A model generated the notes under the pieces. The model searched no databases and was not told where the DNA came from. It saw only the letters and a list, made by a program, of their open reading frames with translations. From contig CBDFFH010000015.1 of assembly GCA_965246715.1 (NCBI GenBank), positions 96,001 to 160,000 of the forward strand: 64,000 bases of DNA, given 5' to 3'. The stretch is from Chamaesiphon sp. (lineage in GTDB: Bacteria; Cyanobacteriota; Cyanobacteriia; Cyanobacteriales; Chamaesiphonaceae). Shown one piece after another: positions 1 through 10,763 of the stretch. Numbering within the stretch: position 1 is the first letter of the stretch; each line of letters begins with the position of its first letter. A program made the translations under genes and the position numbers.

Positions 1-1
1 A

Positions 2-940
2 CAGCGCTGGATTAGTTTAGGTGGGTTCAACATTCAGCCCTCAGAATTTGCCAAAGTCGGGCTGATTATTACACTCGCAGCTATTTTACACCGTCGTCCA
101 GCGGATACTTTGCCTAGCTTTCTCCGTGCTCTGGCGATTACCATTCCCCCCTGGTTGCTCGTATTTAAGCAACCAGATTTGGGCACATCGCTGGTATTCG
201 GAGCCATTTTATTAGGGATGTTGTATTGGGCAAATGCCAATCCAGGTTGGCTACTGCTGCTAGTATCACCACTAGCAGCAGCAATTTTGGAAAGTGTCAA
301 TGTGCCGGGATGGATCTTTTGGTCGTTATTAATGGGCGTAGTTGGCTGGTTCTCGCTGCCATTTCGCTGGGTGAGTTCGGTACTCGCGATCGGTGTTAAT
401 ATTGGGGCTGGCTTACTCGGCCCAGTATTATGGCACGCGCTCAAAGATTATCAAAAAGATCGGCTGATCGTTTTTCTCGATCCCGATCGGTTTCCCCTTG
501 GTGCTGGATATCACTTGATTCAATCGCGGATTGCGATCGGTTCGGGTGAATTGTGGGGACAAGGACTCAATCAAGGTACGCAGACGCAACTTAATTTTAT
601 CCCCGAACAACATACGGATTTCATCTTTTCATCGATCGGTGAAGAGTTAGGCTTTTTTGGTTCGATGTGTCTGGTGCTAACTTTCTTGTTTGTCTGCTGG
701 CGATTGCTCAGAGTAGCGATGCAAGCTCAAAATAATTTTGGTTCGCTGCTAGCGATCGGTGTATTCTCAATGATAAGTTTTCAAGTCATCGTCAATATCA
801 GTATGACGATCGGCATCGCTCCAGTTACAGGTATTCCACTACCCTGGATCAGTTACGGTGGATCGGCACTGATAATCAATTTCTTTTCGATCGGTCTAGT
901 AGAGTCGGTGGCCAATTATCGGCGGCGGTTTAATTTGTAG
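2..940 (+). CDS. rodA: Rod shape-determining protein RodA (SEDS family), 5' end outside the window
   Basis: Frame is open from base 2 (QRWISLGGFNIQPSEFAK), with QPDLGT, YHLIQSRIAIGSG, PEQHTDFIFS and GIPLPWISYGGS SEDS motifs. Confidence 0.92.
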   Translation, partial: QRWISLGGFNIQPSEFAKVGLIITLAAILHRRPADTLPSFLRALAITIPPWLLVFKQPDLGTSLVFGAILLGMLYWANANPGWLLLLVSPLAAAILESVNVPGWIFWSLLMGVVGWFSLPFRWVSSVLAIGVNIGAGLLGPVLWHALKDYQKDRLIVFLDPDRFPLGAGYHLIQSRIAIGSGELWGQGLNQGTQTQLNFIPEQHTDFIFSSIGEELGFFGSMCLVLTFLFVCWRLLRVAMQAQNNFGSLLAIGVFSMISFQVIVNISMTIGIAPVTGIPLPWISYGGSALIINFFSIGLVESVANYRRRFNL

Positions 941-1131
941 CGTTGAATCTTCATGCTAATGAATTTTTGACAAATGGGATAATTAAGTGGATTTCGAGCT
1001 ACTCAGCCGGAATATTGGCAATTCGGCAATGCCATATGAGTTAACCCAACGTGGTAAGATACTCTACTTGCGTCAATAGAATGCGAGCCAATCGCGGCTC
1101 GTTGACGGTGCAATATGTAGAATTTATATAG

Positions 1132-2157
<1,026 letters not shown>

Positions 2158-2180
2158 TTAATTAGTGGGTGGCGAAGATT

Positions 2181-2224
2181 TACCCACCCCACCCTATCGG
2201 GCACCCCTCCGAGGAGGGGAATTT
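2181..2224. repeat. Small dispersed hairpin repeat (CCCCTCC..GGAGGGG type), copy 1
   Basis: Its reverse complement matches 34694-34737 at 39/44 nt. Confidence 0.85.
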
Positions 2225-2249
2225 TCTCGTTAAATGTAGGTGAATTATT

Positions 2250-2519
2250 GTAGGGGTGCCCCTTGCTGGCACTGTTCGCGTATCGTGGCCTTTGGCGATA
2301 CGAAGTCGTAGCGCAGCGTCTCCGAAATATGGAGAAGTGTGGGTACCCTGCTTGACTAAGGAATGAGAACTAAATAACTTGCAATTCCTCCTTTGGTAAG
2401 GGCAATTCATGAAGCGGCTCCCGCCCGTCGGGTTTCCCGACGCGAAAAGCGGATGGAATCGCGCTGAGGTTTCCTCAGCGTGCGTTCCACCAAGCAGGGA
2501 GACAAGACATTGCCCATAC
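2250..2519. repeat. Two REP-like GTAG hairpins, each interrupted by nested GC-rich micro-elements
   Basis: GTAGGGGTGCCCCTTG(2250)...TGGGTACCC(2348) and GTAAGGGCAATTCATGAA(2396)...TTGCCCATAC(2519), with multi-hairpin inserts between the arms. Confidence 0.7.
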
Positions 2520-2626
2520 CAAAGCTTGGGGCGACGGTAGATCTGGATATTATTAAATCCTCATTCCTAAGCTAAGATATCGATCTATCGATCGCATTCA
2601 GCCATCAATAAAGTAGAAATTGAAGT

Positions 2627-3451
2627 ATGAGTCAATTACCAATTCCAGTCGTCGTCAATGGTGCAGCCGGAAAGATGGGCATAGAGGTCATCAAAGCCAT
2701 CGCTGGTGCGGAGGATATGGTATTGTTTGGGGCGATCGATCGCAACCCCAAAATTCAGGGTGAAGATATCGGCGAGCTAGCTGGTTGTGGTGCGCTAGAA
2801 GTACCGGTAATGAACGATCTTCAAGCGATCCTGGCTGTGGCATCCCAGGAGAAACAACCCGCAGTGATGGTCGATTTTACCCATCCTGATAGTATCTACG
2901 AAAACGTCCGCGCATCGATCGCCTATGGCGTGCGTCCGGTTGTGGGAACTACGGGATTGAGTCCCACCCAGATTCAGAATTTAGCGGAATTTGCTGACAA
3001 AGCGAGTACTGGTTGTCTGATTATCCCTAACTTTTCGATCGGGGTAATATTAATGCAGCAAGCCGCAATTCAAGCTGCCAAGTTTTTCGAGCATGTCGAA
3101 ATTATCGAACTCCACCATAATCAAAAAGCCGATGCCCCTAGCGGTACGGCCATCCAAACCGCCCAATTATTAGGCGAACTCGGCAAAACTTTCAACCCGC
3201 CGAGCGTTACCGAAACCGAGAAGATTGCTGGCGCGAGAGGTTGCACCGCCGATGAAAATATCCGCATTCACAGTGTCCGCCTCCCCGGTTATATCGCCCA
3301 TCAAGAAATTATTTTCGGCGCGCCTGGAGAAATCTACCTGCTCCGCCACGACACTACCAATCGATCCTGCTATATGCCTGGAGTCCTCCTCGCCATTCGC
3401 AAGATTTTGGGGTTAAAATCATTGGTATATGGATTGGAGAAAATCTTGTAG
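2627..3451 (+). CDS. dapB: 4-hydroxy-tetrahydrodipicolinate reductase
   Basis: [39 protein letters not shown]. Confidence 0.97.
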   Translation: MSQLPIPVVVNGAAGKMGIEVIKAIAGAEDMVLFGAIDRNPKIQGEDIGELAGCGALEVPVMNDLQAILAVASQEKQPAVMVDFTHPDSIYENVRASIAYGVRPVVGTTGLSPTQIQNLAEFADKASTGCLIIPNFSIGVILMQQAAIQAAKFFEHVEIIELHHNQKADAPSGTAIQTAQLLGELGKTFNPPSVTETEKIAGARGCTADENIRIHSVRLPGYIAHQEIIFGAPGEIYLLRHDTTNRSCYMPGVLLAIRKILGLKSLVYGLEKIL

Positions 3452-3495
3452 GTAGTGAGTAATAAATTCCTAATTAATAATTTATAATTCTTCAG

Positions 3496-3525
3496 ATGCT
3501 CGTTCCGATTACTCGCGCTAAATAA
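3496..3525 (+). pseudogene. Probable 9-codon remnant (MLVPITRAK*) of the conserved hypothetical gene that usually follows dapB in cyanobacteria
   Basis: Resembles the recalled N-terminus MLVPLTRxKFE; its stop coincides with a MITE-end-like sequence TA-ACATCAGTTTGGG. Confidence 0.45.
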
Positions 3526-3797
3526 CATCAGTTTGGGAATTGAATCTCGAACTTGGTGCCGAAATGGGATTTAGCACCAAGATTTCTGTCCCCTTGTAGG
3601 CGGGACGTGCTGGTGTCGCGCCGATTTAAAGTACCAGCATTCCCGAAGGGTATTGTTAAAAAAGATCGATCCATAACTTAATTTGGAAATGTTGGCACTT
3701 TTTACTCGGCTTGTCAATCTACTGTATTAGTCATTACTCAATGATGGCTATTTCGTTAGAATATGTAAGACATTTGCAAGCCGATCGACTTATCTAA

Positions 3798-4652
3798 ATG
3801 ACTAATGCACTATACCAACAAATCCAAGAATTTTATGATGCCTCTAGCGGGCTATGGGAAGAGGTCTGGGGCGAGCACATGCATCATGGGTATTATGGTA
3901 GGGATGGAAATCTCAAACTCGATCGTCGTCAAGCACAAATAAATCTAATTGAAGAACTGCTGACTTGGGCACAACAGAAATCGAGTCCCCAGCCCCAAAC
4001 AATTCTCGATGTCGGCTGTGGAATTGGTGGTAGTAGTCTATATTTAGCCGAAAAATTTGGGTCGAAAGTAACAGGAATTACCCTCTCCCCCGTTCAAGCA
4101 AATCGCGCTAAAGAGCGTGCCAAACTAGCTAGACTGACCGCAACTACCGATTTTCAGGTGGCAAATGCTTTAGAAATGCCGTTTGCCGATAATAGTTTCG
4201 ATCTGGTTTGGTCGCTAGAAAGTGGCGAACACATGCCTGATAAAGTGAAATTTCTTCAGGAGTGTTATCGGGTACTCAAGCCCGGTGGAAAATTAATTTT
4301 GGCAACTTGGTGTCACCGTCCGCTGAGTGAGGCAAATCCGCTATCAATCTACGAGCAAAAAGAGTTACAAGAAATTTATCGGGTTTATTGCTTGCCTTAT
4401 GTAGTGTCGCTTCCAGAATATATCGCAATTGTCGATCGATGTGGATTTAGAGATTTGCATAGCGCTGATTGGTCGCCAGCAGTTGAGCCATTTTGGGATG
4501 TAGTAATCGATTCGGCCATTACGCCGCGATCGATTGTTGGGCTATTTAAGGCGGGTTGGCAGACCATCGAGGCAGCAATGTCGTTGCAATTAATGAGCAA
4601 TGGTTATCGGAGTGGATTGATTCGCTTTGGTTTGATTGCCGCAACGAAATAA
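3798..4652 (+). CDS. SAM-dependent methyltransferase, gamma-tocopherol methyltransferase (VTE4-like)
   Basis: FYDASSGLWEEVWGEHMHHGYY, ILDVGCGIGGS, WSLESGEHMPDK; adjacent to hppD. Confidence 0.88.
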   Translation: MTNALYQQIQEFYDASSGLWEEVWGEHMHHGYYGRDGNLKLDRRQAQINLIEELLTWAQQKSSPQPQTILDVGCGIGGSSLYLAEKFGSKVTGITLSPVQANRAKERAKLARLTATTDFQVANALEMPFADNSFDLVWSLESGEHMPDKVKFLQECYRVLKPGGKLILATWCHRPLSEANPLSIYEQKELQEIYRVYCLPYVVSLPEYIAIVDRCGFRDLHSADWSPAVEPFWDVVIDSAITPRSIVGLFKAGWQTIEAAMSLQLMSNGYRSGLIRFGLIAATK

Positions 4653-4751
4653 GCTTTAAATCATGAATTAGGAATTTATAATTCCTAATTCATAATTATC
4701 GGTTTTCACAAAATATCGAAGATTCAATAATTTTGAATAGAATTTGACTTC

Positions 4752-5822
4752 ATGGAAATCGACAGCATTCACTTTTATGTCAAAGATGCCGCTCGAATGC
4801 GAGACTGGTCGATCTCACAACTCGGTTTGCAAGAATTGGCAAACGATCGCTCGATCGATCCGCACACCAGTACTTACCGAGTTGGTAACGAGCGGCTGTG
4901 TTTGACGATCTCATCGCCGCTCGATCCCAGTAGTCCGATTGCCGAATATCTCCAAGCGCATCCGCCAGGAGTTAGGGATATTACATTTCGCGTGAGGAGT
5001 CTGGACGAGATGCGGCAAAAGCTCGATCGATTGAAGATCGAAATTTTGGCAACCTCGTCCTTCCACGACAACTTACCCTGGCTGAAAGTGCGTGGGTGGG
5101 GCGCGATCGAGCATACAATTATCCAATCACCATCCACTGTGGCTGCTGAGTTTGAACTTAACTCGTCGCCTCGATCGGAGCCTTATCAGCTAGGAGCATT
5201 TACGGGGATCGACCATCTCGTCTTAAATGTGGCGGTAGGTGAATTAGCATCAGCAGTAGCTTGGTATCACAAGCTCTTCGATTTTCAAGTCCAGCAGACA
5301 TTTGAGATTCACACCCCAACTTCTGGATTGGCAAGCACAGCACTAGTTAGCGCCAACGGACAGGTTAGATTTAATATTAACGAACCGAGTTCGGCGAACT
5401 CCCAAATTCAAGAATTTTTAGATGTCAATTGCGGTGCGGGGATTCAACATGTCGCCCTGCATACAGCTGATATCTTTGGTACTGTCGATCGACTGCGCCA
5501 ACAGGGAGTAGCATTTTTGCCGATTCCCAAAACCTATTACACTAGCTTGAAAATGCGCGCTCAGAGCGGTATAGCAGCTCGATTAACACACACGGAATTA
5601 GCTAGACTCGAACAGCTCGAAATTTTGGCAGATTGGTCTGATGCGGCTCCGAAAGCCCTGCTGATGCAGATTTTTACCAAGCCGATTTTTGAGGAACCGA
5701 CATTCTTTTTTGAAGTGATCCAACGTCGCCATCGTGCCCAAGGCTTTGGGAACGGTAATTTTCAGGCATTATTTGAAGCGATCGAACGACATAGCGATCG
5801 GTTGCGACCTGCAAATCGCTGA
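4752..5822 (+). CDS. hppD: 4-hydroxyphenylpyruvate dioxygenase
   Basis: IDHLVLNV, INEP..SQIQEFL..GAGIQHVAL, LMQIFTKP..PTFFFEVIQR..GFGNGNFQALFEAIE. Confidence 0.95.
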   Translation: MEIDSIHFYVKDAARMRDWSISQLGLQELANDRSIDPHTSTYRVGNERLCLTISSPLDPSSPIAEYLQAHPPGVRDITFRVRSLDEMRQKLDRLKIEILATSSFHDNLPWLKVRGWGAIEHTIIQSPSTVAAEFELNSSPRSEPYQLGAFTGIDHLVLNVAVGELASAVAWYHKLFDFQVQQTFEIHTPTSGLASTALVSANGQVRFNINEPSSANSQIQEFLDVNCGAGIQHVALHTADIFGTVDRLRQQGVAFLPIPKTYYTSLKMRAQSGIAARLTHTELARLEQLEILADWSDAAPKALLMQIFTKPIFEEPTFFFEVIQRRHRAQGFGNGNFQALFEAIERHSDRLRPANR

Positions 5823-5946
5823 CAAAAAATCGCTCCCCAGCAGCTCGACTGCGGTAGCGATGCGCTGCGGCATTTTCAGTTAGAGGCTCGACAAGCGACT
5901 AAGCACGGGCGAGAAACAAGTGAATTCGCCCTGGGCAAAGATCGAC

Positions 5947-6822
5947 TCAATTAATTACCGGCCAATTTGGTTGACTCATTTCATTCCAAACTTCATCGAT
6001 CAACATCCCAGAATTTTCTGGTCGCTCGTCGATGTCCTGTAGATTGATAAACTCATGCTGGTCTCCAATCGAGCCATTAGCTTCAAAATCGAGCAGATCG
6101 CGATCGGTGAGATCCAGTCCTAGGTCGGTCAAGTCCAATTCCATCATGCCACTGGAGCCGCTCGTCCCACGATTGTCTTGAGATCGATCGAAATCAAAGG
6201 CAATCTCATCAAAACTTTCGCTATGGATCGTCTTGGAGTCTAGTTGGTATTCTTCGTCTAAGACGGCATCCGCAATCGGGGGCAGCTGCTGCTCGCTCAC
6301 TCCTGCTGGCGCAACAGTCGCAATTGCTACTGTTGCGACACCGCCAGCGACAACGCCGATGGCAGGGATCGCCATCGAGTTTAGCGTGTTATTGGTAAAT
6401 TCCGTGCCGGAATGTTCGCTAATCGGGGAATGGCTCTCTCCCTGGGCAACGGACTCGCTCTGATATACTGGTGGTGCGGGTTGAGCCGATAAGGTTACTG
6501 GGACTGATGCAGCAGAAATACTCGCGCTAGTCGAATGCTGTGCCGAGGCAGTTGCTTCGTCCGGACAAAATTCTAAGCACAATCTAATTCTCCCTTTTTG
6601 CCAACCGTTAGCGCCAAACCTAAGCGCCTCACAATCGATCCCTTCAGGACTGAACCAACCGTTTTTTTCTTCGCTCCATCCAGCGATCGCACTTGCCACC
6701 TGAGCTTTAATCGCATCGCTCAACTCGCCGACTCGAAAGGTGCGATGTCCGCTCAATACTTGTGTGTCGTTTTGGACGGAAACGACTTCCCCGCTGTTCA
6801 ATGGCTCAAAACGGTCGTTCAT
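5947..6822 (-). CDS. KGK-domain protein with a long low-complexity, acidic C-terminal extension
   Basis: GIDCEALRFGANGWQKGRIRLCLEFCPDE resembles the cyanobacterial KGK family; likely start MNDRF at 6822 (the ORF track starts at 6888). Confidence 0.7.
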   Translation of the reverse strand: MNDRFEPLNSGEVVSVQNDTQVLSGHRTFRVGELSDAIKAQVASAIAGWSEEKNGWFSPEGIDCEALRFGANGWQKGRIRLCLEFCPDEATASAQHSTSASISAASVPVTLSAQPAPPVYQSESVAQGESHSPISEHSGTEFTNNTLNSMAIPAIGVVAGGVATVAIATVAPAGVSEQQLPPIADAVLDEEYQLDSKTIHSESFDEIAFDFDRSQDNRGTSGSSGMMELDLTDLGLDLTDRDLLDFEANGSIGDQHEFINLQDIDERPENSGMLIDEVWNEMSQPNWPVIN

Positions 6823-6895
6823 AAAATTCTCCAAGATTATTTGCGAGCTTAATCCAATTTGGTGACGAGAGTTTCCCCCCATCACCAATATATTA

Positions 6896-7903
6896 TTACA
6901 AGAACCACCCGTAACTATGCAGTCCTTTACCCAGTAGATTAACTCCTAAGTAACAAATCCACACGACGACAAAGCCACCCGTGGCTAGCAAAGCTGGTCG
7001 GCGACCCTGCCAACCTTTAGTAATCCGTGAATGGAGATAAGCAGCAAACACCAACCATTCGATCAATGCCCACGTTTCTTTAGGATCCCAACTCCAATAC
7101 GAACCCCAAGCTTCATTTGCCCAGACACCACCGGCAATAATCCCGATCGTTAGCAACGGAAAGCCCAACCCGATAATCCGGTAGCTGATATTGTCAAGCG
7201 TATCGGCGAGACTGAGGCGTTGCGGCGATAGCGCTGCAGTACCTACCATTGTTGTCGGTAATTCTAGCACGGCTGTCGTACTGCTGCTAGCCACACTGAC
7301 AGATTCGATCGCCAGTTCCGTAGTAGCTTCTGGTTGGGTTTTCAGACTGCTAGTTAGGCGATAACCATTGCCACCGAACGAACTCCCGCGCAATTCGACC
7401 TCCTGTCCACGCGTAACGAATAGAAACGCGATCGCGATTAAAGATCCGACCATTAAGGTCGCATCGGCTAGCATCATCACACTTACGTGCATCATCAACC
7501 AGTTGGATTTTAACGCGGGAACTAGTGGTGCCGAAGCTTGCATATCGCCAGGCAGCCGCAATGCGGCAAATGCCGTCACGGCCATCGCGACCGGTGCCGT
7601 TACCACCCCAACTAGCGGACTGCGACTGACATATTCAGCGAACAGATGCATGGTAGTAATCCCCCATGCCAGGAAAAATAGTGATTCGTATAAGTTACTC
7701 AGTGGAAAATAACCAGCTTCGAGCCATCTAGCGCCCAGCAAAGTTGCCATACACAAATTGGCAATAGCCATACCAGTCGTGCCCAGCGTTGGCAAGAAGG
7801 GAATGTTGGGAAAAGCGGCACCTACCCAGTATGCCAACATTGTTAGCAGCAAGACAGCAAACGAGAGGTTATCCAGTTGATTCTGGAGGAGGACGAGATT
7901 CAT
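6896..7903 (-). CDS. ccsA: Cytochrome c biogenesis protein CcsA (system II, ycf5; also called CcsB)
   Basis: [26 protein letters not shown] domain [25 protein letters not shown]. Confidence 0.95.
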   Translation of the reverse strand: MNLVLLQNQLDNLSFAVLLLTMLAYWVGAAFPNIPFLPTLGTTGMAIANLCMATLLGARWLEAGYFPLSNLYESLFFLAWGITTMHLFAEYVSRSPLVGVVTAPVAMAVTAFAALRLPGDMQASAPLVPALKSNWLMMHVSVMMLADATLMVGSLIAIAFLFVTRGQEVELRGSSFGGNGYRLTSSLKTQPEATTELAIESVSVASSSTTAVLELPTTMVGTAALSPQRLSLADTLDNISYRIIGLGFPLLTIGIIAGGVWANEAWGSYWSWDPKETWALIEWLVFAAYLHSRITKGWQGRRPALLATGGFVVVWICYLGVNLLGKGLHSYGWFL

Positions 7904-7948
7904 GTGAATAAGTCGATAGTGAATAGTGGATAGTTGATGGTGACTAAA

Positions 7949-8155
7949 TTAACTCTCCCAATCAGGAATCACCCACTGCGGGGGAGCCGATAATTTTTTG
8001 CGACGGGCTTCCTCCGCAATTTCGTGCATTTTATCTAGGGGAGTTTCATTGATAAATTTAGACGCTGACTGAACGTGGACTTCATTTTGACAGCGATCGG
8101 GTTGGATACAGCCGTTAATGCAAGCCTCACTACAATTAATCGTGTTAGTTTCCAC
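7949..8155 (-). CDS. Small hypothetical protein with an N-terminal 4-Cys cluster
   Basis: 68 aa, C-x3-C-x3-C-x5-C, co-oriented directly upstream of ccsA. Confidence 0.7.
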   Translation of the reverse strand: METNTINCSEACINGCIQPDRCQNEVHVQSASKFINETPLDKMHEIAEEARRKKLSAPPQWVIPDWES

Positions 8156-8411
8156 TGTCTTTTATAAAAAATTTAAATCTTAAACATATTTTAGCTCAAC
8201 CGATCGGCTGCTAGTAAGGCCGCTCGCGGGGATTACCGCGCCGGGCGCGATCGGTAGTTAGTATTTAGCATCGCATCGTCTTTTGCCGCTCGATCGTCAT
8301 TAGTTGCTAATTTTAACAATCTGTAAGATCGATATCTCAACTAAAAAGTCAGCAGCCAGCTGTTAATGCTGACTCCTGACTTTGGGAAATTTAATTAATT
8401 AGCGATTGAGC

Positions 8412-10097
8412 TTAACGTTTGTCGCGGAAGCCTGAAATCCAGTCCCGGAGCTGTTCGGAAGCTACATCGCGACCGCCCAAACCGAAGGAAATCGCGATCG
8501 CGACGGCAATCGCCCCGAGGAGCAAGCCAAAAGCTAAGTTGACGATACTCGAAGCAATCCCCATTTGTTGGAGCGCCATCGCACCGACAAATGCGATGAT
8601 TGCCAACCGCGCGACTTGTCCGAGGATTTGTGATTGGTGGGTACCAGAGCTGCTAACGACTCTTTGAGCCAGATTTGCTAGATATAAACCGATCGCAAAT
8701 ACGACGATCCCAGCGAGTACCTGTCCGGCAATCAGCAGCAAAGCATTAACAAGATTAGTCAGCGAACCAATCCCTAATACGCCAGTAGCGGCTACTGCTG
8801 CTACCAGCATCACGCCCACTCGGGCGACTAATCCAGCGACTTCAGCAGGAGTCTGCTTGGTGCTAGCCGGAACGATCGAACTCCGAATATTCGCGGGATT
8901 GGTAGCATCGACTGGTGGAATCGGATCTGCCAGTGTCGATGCATGTAAGGTGTGAAGTCCCAGCGCCTGGAAGATATTATTAAATCCTAAGCCACTGAGT
9001 AAATTGGTAACTAGCTCACCAATAAACTGACTCACCACATAAGCAACAATTAAAATTCCTGCAGCGGTCAGGATTTGCGGGATCGCATTCAATACTTGTT
9101 GGAGCATTGAAGTCGCTGGTCCAGAAATTGCGGGAATCTGAAGTGCATCTAGGGCGGCTACCGCAGTGGGAATCAAGACCATGATATAAACGATCGTCCC
9201 GAGCAACCCTGAGAGCGATTGACCTGGTGCAGCTCTATTCAGACCAATTTTGGTAGCCAATCTCTCGGTGCCAGCCGCCGCAAGTAAGTTAGTGACCAAC
9301 TCTTTGATGATATTGGCAACAAACCAACCAACAAGACCGATCAGTCCTGCCTTAAAAATATTTGGTAGCGCGCTGAGGATCTCGTTTAACAGGTTTTGAA
9401 CGGGAGCTAACGGGCCAGTCAGATCGAGCACGCCCAGAATTAGTGGCAGGAAAAATAAGAATACAAACCAGTAGAGGGCGTTACCTAATGTTTCACTAGG
9501 TAAAACTTGATTTTCACCCACCGCTAACCGTCGAGACATTGCTGGCATCACCGATCCCGTCGTCCGGATGACAATTTCTCTAACAGCAGTAGCAATCAAC
9601 CAAGCAATACCTGCTAATACAGCCGCTGAAGCTAACTTCGGTACGAATGCAAAAATCTGGTTGAGGACGTTACTTAAAGGTAGCGCGGCACCAGTTAAGT
9701 TGAGTGCGTTGAGGAAGCCTAAGATCGCAAATAGAAAAATTAGCCAGAACACAATGTCTCCGACTAATTTTTCGGTATTCAATTGCGATCTCGGCCCAGA
9801 GATCATCCGCCCCAAGCGGTTATCTAAGTCGGTACGCTTGAGCAGATTGCGGACTACCGACGACACTACAGCTGCTACGATATAGCCGACAATTAAGGTG
9901 ACTAACCCACCAATCAAACTGGGCAAAAAAGCACCGACAGTGCCGCTGGTTTGCTTGACAAAATTTTCGACCCCAGTGGTTGAAAAATTTGTAGTGGTAG
10001 TTGTTACTGGTACTGTGGTCTGAGCGACTAACCAGTTACCAGTGATGAGTTGGTTCGTGCTGGGTAGCGCACTAATAAATTGCCAAGTTTCGTTCAT
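8412..10097 (-). CDS. TM-helix-repeat membrane protein (mechanosensitive-channel-associated / CmpX-like)
   Basis: Four repeats of the 'il.alP.i..A.li..vg..va' unit; C-terminal AIAISFGLGGRDVA. Confidence 0.8.
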   Translation of the reverse strand: MNETWQFISALPSTNQLITGNWLVAQTTVPVTTTTTNFSTTGVENFVKQTSGTVGAFLPSLIGGLVTLIVGYIVAAVVSSVVRNLLKRTDLDNRLGRMISGPRSQLNTEKLVGDIVFWLIFLFAILGFLNALNLTGAALPLSNVLNQIFAFVPKLASAAVLAGIAWLIATAVREIVIRTTGSVMPAMSRRLAVGENQVLPSETLGNALYWFVFLFFLPLILGVLDLTGPLAPVQNLLNEILSALPNIFKAGLIGLVGWFVANIIKELVTNLLAAAGTERLATKIGLNRAAPGQSLSGLLGTIVYIMVLIPTAVAALDALQIPAISGPATSMLQQVLNAIPQILTAAGILIVAYVVSQFIGELVTNLLSGLGFNNIFQALGLHTLHASTLADPIPPVDATNPANIRSSIVPASTKQTPAEVAGLVARVGVMLVAAVAATGVLGIGSLTNLVNALLLIAGQVLAGIVVFAIGLYLANLAQRVVSSSGTHQSQILGQVARLAIIAFVGAMALQQMGIASSIVNLAFGLLLGAIAVAIAISFGLGGRDVASEQLRDWISGFRDKR

Positions 10098-10763
10098 ATC
10101 ATTGCCATGTAAATTGTGAATACTAGAGCGGACTGCGTGTAAGTCAGCAGAAACTAGCTTTGGGTATTGGCGATCGCTCGTCCGAAACAGGGAATATTAG
10201 GATTGCAACACCCACCATTTCCCCTGCCGCGATCGAGTGCGATAGCCGCCGGCGGCAGATGTAAATGGTATCCTCAAATTTGAGTTGGGTCGTACCAATA
10301 TCATCAGCTACGGCAGCATTCAATAATTCTCAGATTAAATATCCCGCTCGAAAAATTGTGTCGATAAATACAATTTTAAGTTAAGGTTTCGTTAAAATTT
10401 AATCGACTAGTTCGCTTGAAACAACTAAATTGGTATTGCAAATATGTAACAAAAGTACATATGAAGCAGATCCACGCCGATGCCATCGGGATTAATGTAT
10501 GAATATAGACATTTTCTACGTTCACCATCGATTAGTCACGATACAGAGGTAGCTTACCATGCTTCCTCAAAAATGGCATCCATCAGTTAACACAATCTGT
10601 GACATTGCAACAGTTCTCCCGTCACAAATCATCGATCGATCTTCAGACAATTATATTTATTAGATATAAAAAACGCTGGCTGTAGATCTACACAAAGATA
10701 GATTTAACCAGAGTTAAACTCAGCTTTGCAGTCAATTTTACCCTGATCGATCTGCTGCGCTAA

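Noticed and set aside
2180..2410. 76-aa ORF in the ilvC-dapB spacer
   Set aside because: It lies entirely over hairpin repeats.
10442..10462. ATATGTA-N7-TACATAT as an NtcA box
   Set aside because: GTA-TAC spacing is 7, not 8. It may bind another factor, but there is no further support.
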